64,000 nucleotides of DNA from Heptranchias perlo (taxonomy: Eukaryota). How positions within the stretch are numbered: position 1 is the first letter of the stretch; each line of letters opens with the position of its first letter. The notes under the pieces were generated by a model. The model ran no database searches and was not told the DNA's origin. It saw nothing but the letters and a program-made list of their open reading frames with translations. The translations under genes and the position numbers were made by a program. Positions 49,964 through 63,620 of this stretch are shown here, piece after piece. The DNA lies in the NCBI RefSeq assembly GCF_035084215.1, contig NC_090325.1, positions 82,956,001 through 83,020,000 of the forward strand. Reading direction: 5' to 3'.

Positions 49964-50435
49964 TCTCAAAATCCAGAACTAGCATTAAATTTCCAGTGAC
50001 TTTGGTTTGTCTGATCAAGTTGAATCTAATAATATTGTGGTCATAGTTGCCTAGGTGTTCCTCCACATGGAAGTCTGATACTGCATCAGGTTAACTAATA
50101 AAATCTAAAACAAGTACCCAATTATCCGTGGTTCCTCACTAACACGTTGTATTAGGAAGCAGTAATTTATGATGTCTACAAATCTTTCAACTGTGCTGCC
50201 CTCAATACTATATGGCTCACCATTATTCTAACCACTCGCCATCCATACTTGTTTCTCCTAAGAAGTTTCTTCTACTTGGTTTGTTGCTCTTGTATTGGTG
50301 AGGGAGATGTTAAAACCCAATTAAAAGATAGTGCTTTAAACATATATGCACAAAGTTGTATGCGCCAATATTCTTGTGTCCTTCAGTTGGATTCTGATAC
50401 TTAAAGAAGTGTCACAGCCTGGTTAGAAAATGTAA

Positions 50436-50885
50436 TAGACTTGGATTTATATAGCGTCGTTCACAACCTCAGGATGTCCCAAAGCGCTTTACAGCCAATT
50501 ATGTACTTTTGAAGCACGGTCACTGTTGTGATATAGGAAACGTGGCAACCAACTTGCGCACAGCAAGGTCCCACAAATGGCAATGAGATAATGACCAGGT
50601 AATCTTTTTAAGTTATGTCGGTTGAGGGATGAATATTAGCCAGAACACTAGGGAGAACTCCTCTGCTCTTCTTTGAAATAGTGCTATGCGATCTTTTACA
50701 TCCACCTGAGAGGGCAGGCAAGGCCTAGTTTAACATCTCATCTGAAAGAGGGCACCTCTAACAGTGTAGCACTCCCTCAATACCATACTGAAGTGTCAGC
50801 CTAGATTTTGTGCTCATGTTTCTAGAGTGGGACTTGAACTACAACCTTCTGACTCAGAGGCCAGAGTGCTACCAACTAATGCAAG
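50436..50885 (-). mobile_element. Second full-length Deu-domain SINE
   Basis: Colinear similarity with 17075-17535 over its whole length. Confidence 0.8.
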
Positions 50886-53407
50886 ACAGCAGTGTATGTT
50901 GGGAGCTATCTTTGTGCTATCTGGTTAATGTGGTGTAAACAATCTGAACCCATGACCCAAGTGGTACTCAGTTTGAATGGATTTTTTGTTTAATTCATCT
51001 GATGCGTGTTTTTACACAATTACGAACATTAAGTTGAGTTTTTTTTTAAGAGGATTGATTGGGAAAGTTTAGTTGAGTTCTCTAGCTTTATTTCAAAATA
51101 ATGCTTTCTTGTGAATTACTTTGATCCCGGTGTTTCACTCACTCTACCACTGAGGACCTTCTACCTACTATGGGTAATGGGGCTTATTATTGACCAGACT
51201 GCGAACCGCTCATATGAAAATAAATTCGCCAATACATAGTCAGTGGGCAGAAAATCTAGGCTGTGTGAAATGAAGTAATCTCGAGAAAAGTGAAATAACC
51301 TAAAAATGTTGATAAATAAATGTATCTGCACACTGGGGACATTTCTGGCTTCCGGAAGCATCCCCATTTCCTGATGCAAAATATAGTAATACTTTTTTTA
51401 GGACTCCCGTGGTCTCCGGCCAAGTGTTTTCACCGATCGATTGTTAGCATTGCTAATACTTCAATGTCTCTTATTTTTAAATCCATGGTCATATTTTGAC
51501 TCTACCAGTCCTCGTATGTGCATTTTGCAAAGTACACTAGATTTTGGAAATGTACCGTTTTGATAAACGCGCGATGTTTATTTCCAATTGCTGCCTAAAC
51601 CGTACACCCCCTCACCCCCCTGGACAATTCAAGGAGCTGCCTCTACCGTTGTAAAATTGTATAGAAAACAAAAACGATTGACCGAAGTAATCACATTTGG
51701 CCTGCGCGTTCAACTATAAAACGTAAAGTGGGTATTGTTTTTTTGAAGTCTGTGGAAGGTTTTGCCCTTCAGATAAACGTCCTTTAGGCTGATCCTGCTG
51801 GAAATCAAACGCCAGCAAGGGAGAGGCCGTCGTAGCACATTCATTAGTAGCTTAGCTCCCAGTTAGCCTGGGTGTGGTGTAATGTTGCTGAAAAGAAAAG
51901 TTGCACGATCGATTTAATGTAGCCGATTGTCTAACGTGTGAAAAAGAGTAACAATTCTGTGAGTTAATTTTGAATTTTTCATAGTCTGTCTGCCTGCTAG
52001 GTATTGTGCTGCATTCTCGCAGATAAATGCCCATTCCATGTGGGCTGTTGGATCCTAAATGCTCTCGCCGTGACACTCGGCTCTCCTTTTGCAATCAAGA
52101 TTATGTTGCTAAGGAGATTTGCTTTACTGTTACCACTGATTTGTGTTAATACGTATTGAATACCTCTTAGTATTCTTTCAGACAAGGGCGAAGGAAAACT
52201 TTCCTAAGTTTCGGAATTTACATTACAAATGAATCGGTCGTGTAATGAAGCCGATATAAAGTGCGAAAGAGAAAAGAGGCTAAAGAAGGGCACTCATGTG
52301 AGAAATGAAGTGAGCTGCAGGCTGCTGTTGTTGAGTTGAGAGCGCTCAGTATCAGCTGGAAGAGGGGGAGAAAGAGAGATCGAGCGCCTCCATCAGCCCC
52401 GACCACCCACTCACTAAAACCCTATGCACAAAATCATTAGTATCGCCCTGACAATGTACTGAAAAAGCTACCAACGAGTTTGGTTCACCTACACTCCTGT
52501 TTATATTTTTAAAAAACCAATCGAGTGAAACTGTGTACTAAGCTGACAGCTAAATTCACTTTTGGAGGACTGATTGTAACCAGTCCATTCTGTTCTAACA
52601 ACATGTTTCCAAGAGAAAATATCACTGTTACCGAGAATGGCCTCTGATTTCTTTCGGATCATTTCAATTGTGTTTCTTGTAAGTTGCATGTGAATATTGT
52701 GTGAAACGTTTTAATGGGTCTGTAATAGGCGATCTTTATAATATAGCTATAATCAATTTTCAGTAAATGTGGATGATATAGAACTTCTAATATCTGGTCC
52801 AGTAAAATCACCGTAGTTCAAAGTAGTCACTGGCCCATGCAACCAAACTTTCAAAGTATTCATTTTATAGATAATAAATAGCAATTAAATCGGTTATAAT
52901 TACCGTTTACAGCAACGACAAAGTCTGTTCTGGTCTACAATTATTCCATTATGTTAGTATGTTACTCTGCCTTCTTTCTCAAAAGAGTACAGTGCAGCTC
53001 CTAGAAAACCCTAAGAGACTAGAAATAGTTCAATATTATTCATATATTGTAGAGAATTCCAGCACCATGCCCTTGACTTTCCTTAGCTCACAAACCCCTC
53101 CCTTGTGGAAGCCATCTCAGCTCATAATTTCTGTGTAATATCTTTAAGTATTGAGCTTGAATACAGTAATTCCTGTAGACAAATCCTTACAAGCAGGTTT
53201 CTGCCATGCCAAGTCTATCACCTAAACAAACATAAAAAATACAGCATTAAGAAATGTGCCCTGAACCTTCTAAAGCCGTAGAAACCTTGAGTGAGATCTG
53301 TGTATTATGAGAGATAGTGTCATTGCTGAGAAGCTAGACTTGTGTAAATGTCCAGTGTTTCTTGTCTTCAGTATTTTTGAAGCTTGTTTACTTCAGTGCC
53401 TTACAAA

Positions 53408-53667
53408 CAACAACAGCAACTTGCATTTATATATGTCTATATATAGAACACTATCCCAAAACGTATCACAGAAGCATGAGAAAATCAAAGGCCAAGCCAA
53501 AGAAGGAGCAATTAGGAGAGGTGAGCAAAAACTTGGTAAAAGAGATGGGTATTAAGGAGGGTCATAAAGGAAGAGAGCAAGGAGGAGAGGCAGATGTGTT
53601 TAGGGAGGAAATGCCAGAGAGTGGGACTTAGACAGTTGAAGGCGCAGCTACCAATGGTGGGGCGAAG
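53408..53667 (-). mobile_element. L2 3' end
   Basis: The reverse complement resembles 12590-12775 and ends ataaatgcaagttgctgttgttg. Confidence 0.65.
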
Positions 53668-54298
53668 GAACATAGGAACAGGGAACGGTCATTCAGTCTA
53701 TTGAGCTTGTTTCACCATTCAGTTACATCATATTTGATCTGTACCTCAACTCCATTTACCCGCCTTTGTTCCATATCCCCTGATACCCTTACCTAATAAA
53801 AAATCTATCAATCTCAGTCTTCAAAATTTCAATTGACCCAGCATCCACAATCTTTTGAGGATGAGTTCCAGATTTCCATTACTCTTTGCGAGAAAAAGTG
53901 CTTCCAGATTTCACTCCTAAATAGCCTAGCGCTCATTTTAACATTATGCCTTCTTGATCTGGATTCCTCCACCAGAGGAAATAATTTTTCTTGTATCTAC
54001 CCTATCAAATCCATTTAGCATTTTAAACAACTCAATTAGATCACCCGGCAACCATCTAAACTTAACAGAATACGAGCCAAGTTTATGCAGCCTGTCCTCA
54101 TAATTTAAGCCTTTAAGCCTGGTATCATTCTGGTGAATCCTTCCAAGGCCAACATACCTTTCCTGAGGTTTGGTGCCCAGAATTGAACACAGTACTCCAG
54201 ACATTGCCTGACCAATACTCTGTGCAACTGAAGCATCACTTCCTCACTTTTGCATTCCAACTCCCTTGAAATAAAGGCCAACATTCCATTAGCCTTGG
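53668..54298 (-). mobile_element. CR1 3' fragment
   Basis: ORF 53944..54204 (GLNYEDRLHKLG...GDLIELFK) and a CR1-type 3' UTR. Confidence 0.8.
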
Positions 54299-54299
54299 A

Positions 54300-54740
54300 A
54301 TGAAAGGTTACGGTAATGAAGAACAGCTCAAAAATTGGGGCTTTTTTCAGTAGAACAGAGGAGATTAAGGAGGGATCTAATAGAGGTTTTCAAAATTATG
54401 CAAACTTTTTAGAAGGTAAATCGTGAAAGATTTTTTCTCCTCATTGGCAAATTAGCAATAAGGGGGTATTAACTGAGGTTTATTGCAAGAAGAATGAAAA
54501 CAGACAAGTTAGAAGACATTTTTTCACACAGGATTCTAAAAACATGGAATGCTTTACCAAAGTAGCTATTGAAGCAGAGACTATAACATCATTTAAAAGG
54601 GAATTGCTTAAGTATTTGAAAAGGAAGAATATGAAAGGAGATGGGGAAAGGGCAGAGAAATGGGATTACAGTCGAAAAGCTAGGACTGGCACGTGTGATG
54701 GGCTGAACGACCTCCTTCTATGACAATTTCTATGATTAGA
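54300..54740 (+). mobile_element. CR1 3' fragment abutting the previous copy in the opposite orientation
   Basis: EQRRLRRDLIEVFKIM relic and a tttctatgatt tail. Confidence 0.75.
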
Positions 54741-55873
54741 TGAATTAACTTAGAACCAACCTTTCTGTATACTGCTCTGAAACTTGATTTAGTTGCGTTC
54801 TATAGCATCTTTTTATTGGTGCATCGCAATGTGCCTCACTTGAGTCAATAAGTTTGCAGATTATTTTCACAGTTTACAATAAATACAATCAAATAACATA
54901 TTAGGTATTGTGAATGTGTGTATGTGGACACAGATAATAATTAAACTTACTACAGTTAGTCAACACGTTACTTTAATTTATATCCAGGTTTTGTGGATGT
55001 GCTTGCTCATAAGTGTGAGGGATGATTGTGCTGGTGAATGGAACATTTTTCCACCTTAGACATTCAAGCCTTGAAATTCCTGGAGCTCCACTCCCCTACA
55101 GGAAGTGTGATGGAATGGGACTTCCTCTAGGCCTTGACCCAAAACCCAGGGATGGAGTCATTTGCATAAAAAGGATGGATGCCTGCGCCATTTCCAGGAT
55201 TCATTGTGCATTCGTCCCCTGGGAGGCCAGATATTTGAGTGGCACCTGGCTGCTCCATTGGGCAGGGAGAGGAGGAGGGGGGGGGGGGGTTGTTCTGGCC
55301 AAAGATCCTTTGATTCTTTTTTTTATAATGCGATCAATTGCCACTAGGAAACCAAAAGTTTGGGCCCTACATCTTGCAAAGATGTTATCCTGGCAGCATG
55401 TGTACTTTGCACTGTGGGCAAAGGAGGTGGAACAGGTGGGATTTATTGTGGTTGACGTTATCTAATCAGTCCTGTCTCCTCTTCTGATGTCAGCACCAAA
55501 GGGGGTTCGACGCAAGAAGTGCCTGCCCCCGCCTCTGGTGGAATTTTTCATTTTTTAAAGAAAAGGGGAGAACAGAGAACTGCCAGCACCAGGTCCCATC
55601 CCCAAATTCTGGCACTCCATCCAGCTTATTGTGCAACATCCTCCCAGGCCCAGGAATTTTGGGGCTTCAGTGTCAGCATTAAGCACCACCAGCTCAGGTA
55701 TAACACACGCAGAATGGAATCCCCTCTCTCCTTTAACAGTGTGCCTTAACCACAAACTGCTTCTCTGATACTGAGAGTTCCAATTCCCCCATTGAACATT
55801 CTGTGGCTTCTGAGTGAGGTTTTCAATTTTTTTCGACCAAATTATAGGCAGTTTTAGATGACTTGTTGTCACT

Positions 55874-58800
55874 AGGGTACAGTAGCATTGTGGTTATGTT
55901 ACTGAACTAGTAATCTAGAGGCCTGGACTACTAATCTGCGAGACATGAGTTCAAATCCTGCCTCGACAGCTGGGGAATTTAAATTCAGTTAATTAAAAAA
56001 AAATCTGGAAAAGAAAGCTAGTATCAGTAATAGTGACTACCGGATTGTCATAAAAACCCATCTGGTTCCCTAATTAATGCCCTTTAGGGAAGGAAACCTG
56101 CCGCCCTTACCAGGTCTGGCCTATATGTGACTCCAGACCCACAGCGATGTGGTTGATTCTTAATCGCCCTCTGAAATGGCCTAGCAAGCCACTCAGTTGT
56201 ACAAACTTGCTACAAAAAGACATAATGAGAATAAAACCAGACGGACCACTAGGCAATGGACACAACAAAGGCAAAGGCAAACCAAACCGAGTCGACCCTG
56301 CAAAGTCCTCCTCACTAACATCCGAGGACTTGTGCCAAAATTGGGAGAGTTGTCTCATAGACTAGTCACAGAATCATACCTTTCAGCCAGCGTCCCAGAC
56401 TCCTCTATCACCAACCCTGGGTATGTCCTGTCCCATCGGCAGGAGAGACCCACCAGAGGTGGCGATACAGTGATATACAGTCAGGAGGTAGTGGCCCTCG
56501 GACTCCTTAACATTGACCCCATGAAATCTCATCGCATCAAGTCAAATATGGGCAAGGAAACCTTCTGCTGATTACCACCCACCGTCCTTCCTCAGCTGAT
56601 GAATGTCCTCCTCCATGTTGAGCACCATTTGGAGGAAGCACTGAGGGTAGCAAGGGCACAGAATGTACTCTGGGTGGGGGACTTAAATGTCCATCACCAA
56701 GAGTGGCATGGTAGCACCACTACTGACCGAGCTGGCCAAGTCCTGAAGGACATAGCTGCCAGACTGGGCCTGCGGCAGGTGGTGAACGAACCAACACGAG
56801 GGAGAAACCTACTTGACCTCGTCCTCACCAATCTACCTGTCGCAGATGCATCTGTCCATGACAGTATTGGTAGGAGTGACCACCGCACAGTCCTTGTGGA
56901 GACGAAGTCCCGTCTTCACACTGAGGACACCGTACATCGTGTTCGATGGCACTACCACCGTGCTAAATGGGATAGATTCACAACGGATCTAGCAGCTCAA
57001 AACTGGGCATCCATGAGGCGCTGTGGGCCATCAGCAGCAGCAGAATTGTATTCCAGCACAACCTGTAACCTAATAGCCTGGCATATCCCTCACTCTACCA
57101 TTACCATCAAGCCAGGGGATCAACCCTGGTTCAATGAGGAGTGTAGAAGAGCATGCCAGGAATGGCATCAGGTGTACCTAAAATATGAGGTGCCAACCTG
57201 GTGAAGCTACAACACAGAACTACATGCATGTTAAACAGCGGAAGCAACATACTATAGACAGAGCGAAGCGATTCCACAACCAACGGATCAGATCAAAGCT
57301 CTGCAGTCCTGCCACATCCAGTAGTGCATGGTGGTGGACAATTAAACAACTAACGGGAGGAGGAGGCTCCGTGAACATCCCCATCCTCAATGATGGCAGA
57401 ACCCAGCACATGAGTGCAAAAGACAAGACTAAAGCAACCATCTTCAGCCTGAAGTGCTGAGTCGATGATCCATCTTGGCCTCCTCCCGATATCCCCATGA
57501 TCACAGAAGTCAGATTTCAGGCAATTCGATTCACTCCACGTGATATCAAGAAACGGCTGAGTGCATTGCATACGGCAAAGGCTATGGGCCCTGACAACAT
57601 CCTGGCTGTAGTGCTGAATTCTTGTGCTCCAGAACTAGCCGCGCCTCCAGCCAAACTGTTCCAGTATGGCTACAACACTGGCATCTACCCAACAAAGTTG
57701 AAAATTGCCCAGGTATGTCCTGTCCACAAAAAGCAGGACAAATCCAATCCAGCCAATTACTGCCCCATCAGTCTACTCTCAATCATCAGCAAAGTGATGG
57801 AAGGTGTCGTCGACAGTGCTATCAAGCGGCACTTACTCACCAATAACCTGCTCACCGATGCTCAGTTTGGGTTCCGCCAGGACCACTCGGCTCCAGACCT
57901 CATTACAGCCTTGTTCCAAACATGGACAAAAGAGCTGAATTTCGGATGTGAGGTGAGAGTGACTGCCCTTGACATCAAGGCAGCATTTGATCGAATGTGG
58001 CATCAAGGAGCCCTAGCCAATGGGAATCCGGGGGAAAACTCTCCAGTGGCTGGAGTCATACCTAGCACAAAGGAAGATGGTAGTGGTTGTTGGAGGCCAA
58101 TCACCTCAGCCCCAGGACATCGCTGCAGGAGTTCCTCAGAGCAGTGTCCTAGGCCCAACCATCTTCAGCTGCTTCATCAATGACCTTCCCTCCATCATAT
58201 GGACAGAAATGGGGATGTTCGCTGATGTTTGCACAGTGTTCAGTTCCATTCGCAACCCCTCAGATAATGAAGCAGACCGTGCCTGCATGCAGCAAGACCA
58301 GGACAACATCCAAGCTTGGGCTGATGAGTGCCAGACAAATGACCATCTCCAACAAGAGAGAGTCTAACCACCTCCCCTTGACATTCAGTGGCACTACCAT
58401 CGCTGAATCCCCCACCATCAACATCCTGGGGGCACCATTGACCAGATTCTTAACTGGACCAGCTACATAAATACTGTGGCTGCTAGAACAAGTCAGAGGC
58501 TGGGTATTCTGTGGCAAGTGACTCATCTCCTGACTTCCCAAAGCCTTTCCACCATCTACAAGGCACAAGTCAGGTGTGTGATGGAATACTCTCCACTTGC
58601 CTGGATGAGTGCAGCTCCAACAACACTCAAGAAACTCGACACCATCCAGGACAAAGCAGCCCGCTTGATTGGCACCCCGTCCACCACCCTAAACATTCAC
58701 TTCCTCCACCAGTGGCGCACTGCAGCAACTCACCAAGGCTTCTTCAATAGCACCTCCTAAACCCACGATTTCTACCACCTCGAAGGACAAGGGCAGCAGG

Positions 58801-59060
58801 CGCATGGGAACAACACCACCTGCATGTTCCCCTCCAAGTCACACACCATCCCGACTTGGAAATATATCGTTGTTCCTTTATCGTCGCTGGGTCAAAATCC
58901 TGGAACTCCCTTCCTAACAGCACTGTGGGAGAACCTTCACCACACGGACTGCTGCGGTTCAAGAAGGCGGCTCACCACCATCTTCTCAAGGGCAATTAGG
59001 GATGGGCAATATATGCTGGCCTTGCCTGCGACGCCCACATCCCATGAATGAATAAAAGAA
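55874..59060 (+). mobile_element. Near full-length CR1-group LINE: tRNA/SINE-like head plus a single decayed APE-RT ORF
   Basis: Head with B-box-like GAGTTCAAATCC. APE motifs LLTNIRGL, TESYL, VGDLNVHH, LDLVLTN and SDH. RT motifs KAMGPDNI, PISLLS, LDIKAAFD, GVPQSSVLGP and MFAD. 3' end ...cccatgaatgaataaaa. Several frameshifts and small deletions. Confidence 0.88.
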
Positions 59061-60019
59061 AACTTGCAAATGGGCTGAGATTGACCTGGATAATTTCATT
59101 TAGGACCTTTACAACTAGAAGAGGAATTTTTTATTCCATTGGTTGGGGTTACATTAAAACCCAAGTCCAAGAATTGTGTCGGAATTGTTCTAATTCCCTG
59201 TTTTACCTACCCAAAATTTGGCTGACACTGCTTGAATTCTAACCAATCTCCGACATCTCTTCACTTGTTCCATTTCACTTATTCAAAGATACTAATTGTA
59301 ATAATGATTTTAAGATCTATTTTCCAGTTTTACTCACAGTACAGATTGCCATGTAAAACACTGATAGGAACGCTTCCCTTTAAAGCGAGAGTGTTTAAAC
59401 CTATTGTTATCATTGTGTGCCACTATTAAATGAACGTATCCATTAATTTGCAAACATATCAAGCTATCGGCACAGAGAAGAGATCTTTCCAAACCACAGG
59501 CTACAAAATTTAAATAGTAAAAACTTGTGGAATAAAAATATAAGTGCAAGTGCAAACTGAATTGCTGGTACTTTGCTGGCCAGATACCTAGGGCTCACAG
59601 GCCACATATGGTCTACAGGCTGTAGTTGGAACACCCAAGCTTTAAAGCATGACCTCACAGTCCTATTTAAGCCACTTCTGTTGGTGTTACTGATATTCCT
59701 TGCTTAAAGCTGTAAACTGGATTTAAATCCGCACACAAATAACATGGACAATTTATGAGTATAAACACCAATTTAATCTATTTTGGAATAATCACATCAC
59801 CTTTTCATTTATTCTGAAAGTAGCGTTCTTGCTATTATGAGATGAATTAAAAATAGTTAAAACCATGAAGTGAAAGGACAGGACAATGTGTGGGTTAGAC
59901 AGGCTTGGAGTCATGCTTTTCCATTTCCTCAAAGAAGCTGCCTCCCATTCAGCAGGGAGGTTGTGACTAAGGTGAGGCACAAAGTCCTGCAGGGACAGTC
60001 AACAATGGGCCATGCACTA

Positions 60020-60968
60020 CCATAGAAACATAGTAAATAGGAGCAGGAGTAGGCCATTCGGCCCTTCGAGCCTGCTCCGCCATTCATTATGATCATGGCT
60101 GATCCTCTATCTCCATACCATATTCCCGCTCTCTCCCCATACCCCTTGATGCCTTTTGTGTCTAGAAATCTATCTATCTCCTTCTTAAATATATTCAGTG
60201 ACTTGGCCTCCACAGCCTTCTGTGCTAGAGAATTCCACAGGTTCACCACCCTTTGAGTGAAGAAATTTTTCCTCATCTCAGTCGTAATTGTCCTACCCCA
60301 TATCCTGAGACTGTGACCTCTCGTTCTGGATCCCCCAGCCAGAGGAAACATCCTCCCTGCATCCAGTCTGTCTAGCCCTGTCAGAATTTTATATGTTTCA
60401 ATGAGATCCCCTCTTATTCTTCTAAACTCGAGTGAATACAGGCCGAGTCGACCTAATCTCTTCTCATATGACAGTCCTGCCATCCCAGGAATCAGTCTGG
60501 TGAACCTTTGCTGCACTCCCTCTATGGCAAGTATATCCTTTCTTAGGTAAGGAGACCAAAACTGTACACAATACTCCAGGTGTGGTCTCACCAAGGCCCT
60601 GTATAACTGCAGTAAGACATCTTTACTCCTGTACTCAAATCCTCTTGCAATGAAGGCCAACATACCATTTACCTTCCTAACTGCTTGCTGCACCTACATG
60701 TTTGCTTTCAGTGTCTGGTGTACAAGGACACCCAGGTCCCTTTGTACATCAACATTCCCCAATCTATCACCATTTAAATAATACTCTCCCTTTCTGTTTT
60801 TCCTTCCGAAGTGGATAACTTCACATTTATCCACATTATACTGCATCTGCCATGTATTTGCCCACTCACTCAACTTGTCTAAATCGCCTTGAAGCCTCTT
60901 TTCATCCTCCTCACAACTCACGATCCCACCTAGTTTTATGTCGTCAGCAAACTTTGAAATATTACATA
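60020..60968 (-). mobile_element. Young CR1 3' fragment
   Basis: ORFs 59929..60693 and 60694..61050 (ISKFADDIKLGG, LVRPHLEYCVQFWSPYLRKD), separated only by one stop codon. Confidence 0.94.
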
Positions 60969-61909
60969 TTATAGTACTAGTGAAGGTCCCCACTGCTCCC
61001 TCATAAATTGTCCGTGCTATTTGTGTGCAAATGCGAGATCCTCTGTGCATCCACAGGAGATCTCACAGGAGTCAAACATTTTATTTGGCTTTTGGGCCTC
61101 GAGGCCAGGCTTTCCCATGTTGGGAACATAAATCATGAAATTCTGTTCCCCCCCCCAAGCCTATGATTTTCCAACCATGCGCCAGTAGCACTGAAGAAGA
61201 AACTCCTGCCCCCGTGTTTTTTCCTATATAATGAAAGAATCAGACGCTGCAAGATATATCAAAAGTGAATTAAGTTTATTCAGTTGTGGAGTGCTAGTGG
61301 TATCATAGTATCATAGTAGGTACAGCACAGGAGGAGGCCATTCGTGCCTGTGCCGGATCTTGGTGTATATGATTGTTGTGTTTTGCTGTTGTATTTGCCC
61401 TCTTGCGGTTTGTGGATGTGCTGTGTTGCTAAGTGCTTCCCAAAATGAAAGAGTAGCAATGGCGGGTGACTATATAGCCAATTAGTGTGGTCCAAAAGAT
61501 ATGGAAGGCTTGGTACATGTATCTGTGACTAACTCTGATACACATACATCAGCACCAGACTATCTTTTGCTGGAGTTGCTGTGGGCTCATTGTTTTAAGA
61601 GGTGGCAACTGCCATTTATGTAGGGCTGCCTGGTAGCACAGTACTGCTGCTGTTGAGTGCCAACTAGCTGCCATTGTGCTATTCCACGTATACCACTCCT
61701 AGAGGACACCTCCTCATAATGCCCACTGATTTGTGAGAGCATAGAATAGTGGGCATTTTTGTGGTTTTAGAATCCCTCCCTTATCATTGCCTGTAACCAT
61801 TCTCCAAGCAAGTTGAAGTCCATCATGGCCTGCATCGTAGAGTCTTGACCCCAAAGCAGCCGTGAAAGATGTTATTACCGTGCTTCTGGTCTGTACAACT
61901 GAAGGCTCC

Positions 61910-62408
61910 ACTGCTTGGATGAGTGCAGCTCCAACAACACTCACGAAGCTCGACACCATCCAAGATAAAGCAGCCCGCTTGATTGGCACCCTATCTACCA
62001 CCCTAAACATTCACTCCCTTCACCACTGGCGCACAGTGGCTGCAGTGTGTACCGTCCACAGGATGCACTGCAGCAACTCGCCAAGGTTTCTTCGACAGCA
62101 CCTCCCAAACCCACAACCTCTACCACCTAGAAGGACAAGAGCAGCAGGCACATGGGAACAACACCACCTGCACGTTCCCCTCCAAGTCACACACCATCCC
62201 GACTTGGAAATATATCGCCGTTCCTTTATCGTCGCTGGGTCAAAATCCTGGAACTCCCTTCCTAACAGCACTGTGGGAGAACCTTCACCACACGACTGCA
62301 GCGGTTCAAGAAGGCGGCTCACCACCACCTTCTCAAGGGCAATTAGGGATGGGCAATAAATGCCCGCCTGGCCAGCGACGCCCACATCCCATGAACGAAT
62401 AAAAAAAA
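61910..62408 (+). mobile_element. 5'-truncated copy of the 55874-59060 LINE family
   Basis: AWMSAAPTTLTKLDTIQDKAARLIG...SLHHWRTVA and the same 3' end. Confidence 0.9.
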
Positions 62409-63199
62409 CGATGCCAAGCCTGTTGATACGTACTCATTGGTAGCCAGCAGTGCGTACTACTGTTCACTCAATAACATGTTCAGGAATCACATGTTTCAGT
62501 AATGCACATTCATGCAATCTCATCAGTGTCTTACTTACACATTTCTCCCTTTTTTTATTAAAAAAGGAAGTTGTAGCCCATAAAATCTACCGGCATTTTA
62601 CTACACAGATCTCTTATGCCTCTCCTTAATTGGGAAGAGAAATAAAGAGAAAGATTCAAGTGAAAAAAAAATCTGATTATAAAAAAATGGTAAATATTAG
62701 AGGGGTGATTTCCTGACTTAGTGCTCTAGGCAGGGATCCCTAGAAAATTCAGGTGAGCACTACCCATGATTTTCCAGCTATTAGTAAATAATCAGAAAAT
62801 TTAGAGAAGTTAGCGCTTGAATTTCCAATATGTGCTTTCAGCGTGCGAGATTCCCAAGAAGAGGACAAAGTAGGAATATTGCCCCTTTGATGTAGAAATA
62901 ACAGAAGGAAAAACATTATTCCAATGGCTGGATGGATGATCATCACTTTCCTCAACATCTATACCCCGTCGTCCACCCACAATTATTTACGCTTAAATAA
63001 CAGCAATCCTACACATGCAGAATGACAGCAATCTATGCCAAATTTCTGCCTAAACCCTGGTCCTGTTTATTTTGATTCTTTGTTGAGGTCATTTTTTGCT
63101 CATATGTACAGCCAAGCTTATTCAGTCGGGTTCTGCTTCATTGCGTTTCATGGGCTTTTGATCAGTTGGAATAACATAATGTCATAACACAGCCATCAA

Positions 63200-63620
63200 T
63201 GAGATCAATGCACTAGGATTAGACTATACAGTTTGTTCATGACTTCCTCTGACTAACATTCTACTATTATGGGTGTGTAATTCAACATGCATTGGTTGGA
63301 CATGCAGAGTGTTGAGTCTACCAAGATTCCTAGGTCTTTTTTAAATTTACCCTTAGCTACTCGATACCACTCATGGAGTACATGTGTAGCCCATTTTTCT
63401 GTCCTATGTGCAGTATCTTACATTTTCCGCAGTAACTTTCATCTGCTATTTTTCTGCCCACTTACATATTTTGTCCAACTCATCCTGTAATTTCTGAGCT
63501 GTTTCCTCTAATTCTACTGACTTTCCTAGTTTGGTATCATCTGCAAATTTTATCAATTTGCATTGAATTTCTGAATCCAAGCCACTGATGTAAGTTAGAA
63601 ACAGTAACAATCCTATACGA
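63200..63620 (-). mobile_element. Old CR1 fragment
   Basis: The reverse complement contains KFADDTKLG and a KDLGILVDSTL.MS.QC relic. Confidence 0.65.

Larger units (their letters stand above)
48958..50420 (-). mobile_element. Older CR1 LINE, 5' continuation of 45270-46304
   Basis: Minus strand reads ...GKYRPISLTSVISRLLEGIIRDT, which joins VYDHLD at 46301. Also contains LNDYFASVFT. Hosts Penelope insertion 4. Confidence 0.85.

Noticed and set aside
53668-54740. Adjacent opposite CR1 pieces as a single twin-primed inversion
   Set aside because: Both pieces cover the same 3' region and have different 3' UTRs, which fits two independent insertions.
59929-61050. Long minus-strand ORFs as a host gene
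   Set aside because: They encode the CR1 ORF2 C-terminus from a 5'-truncated copy.
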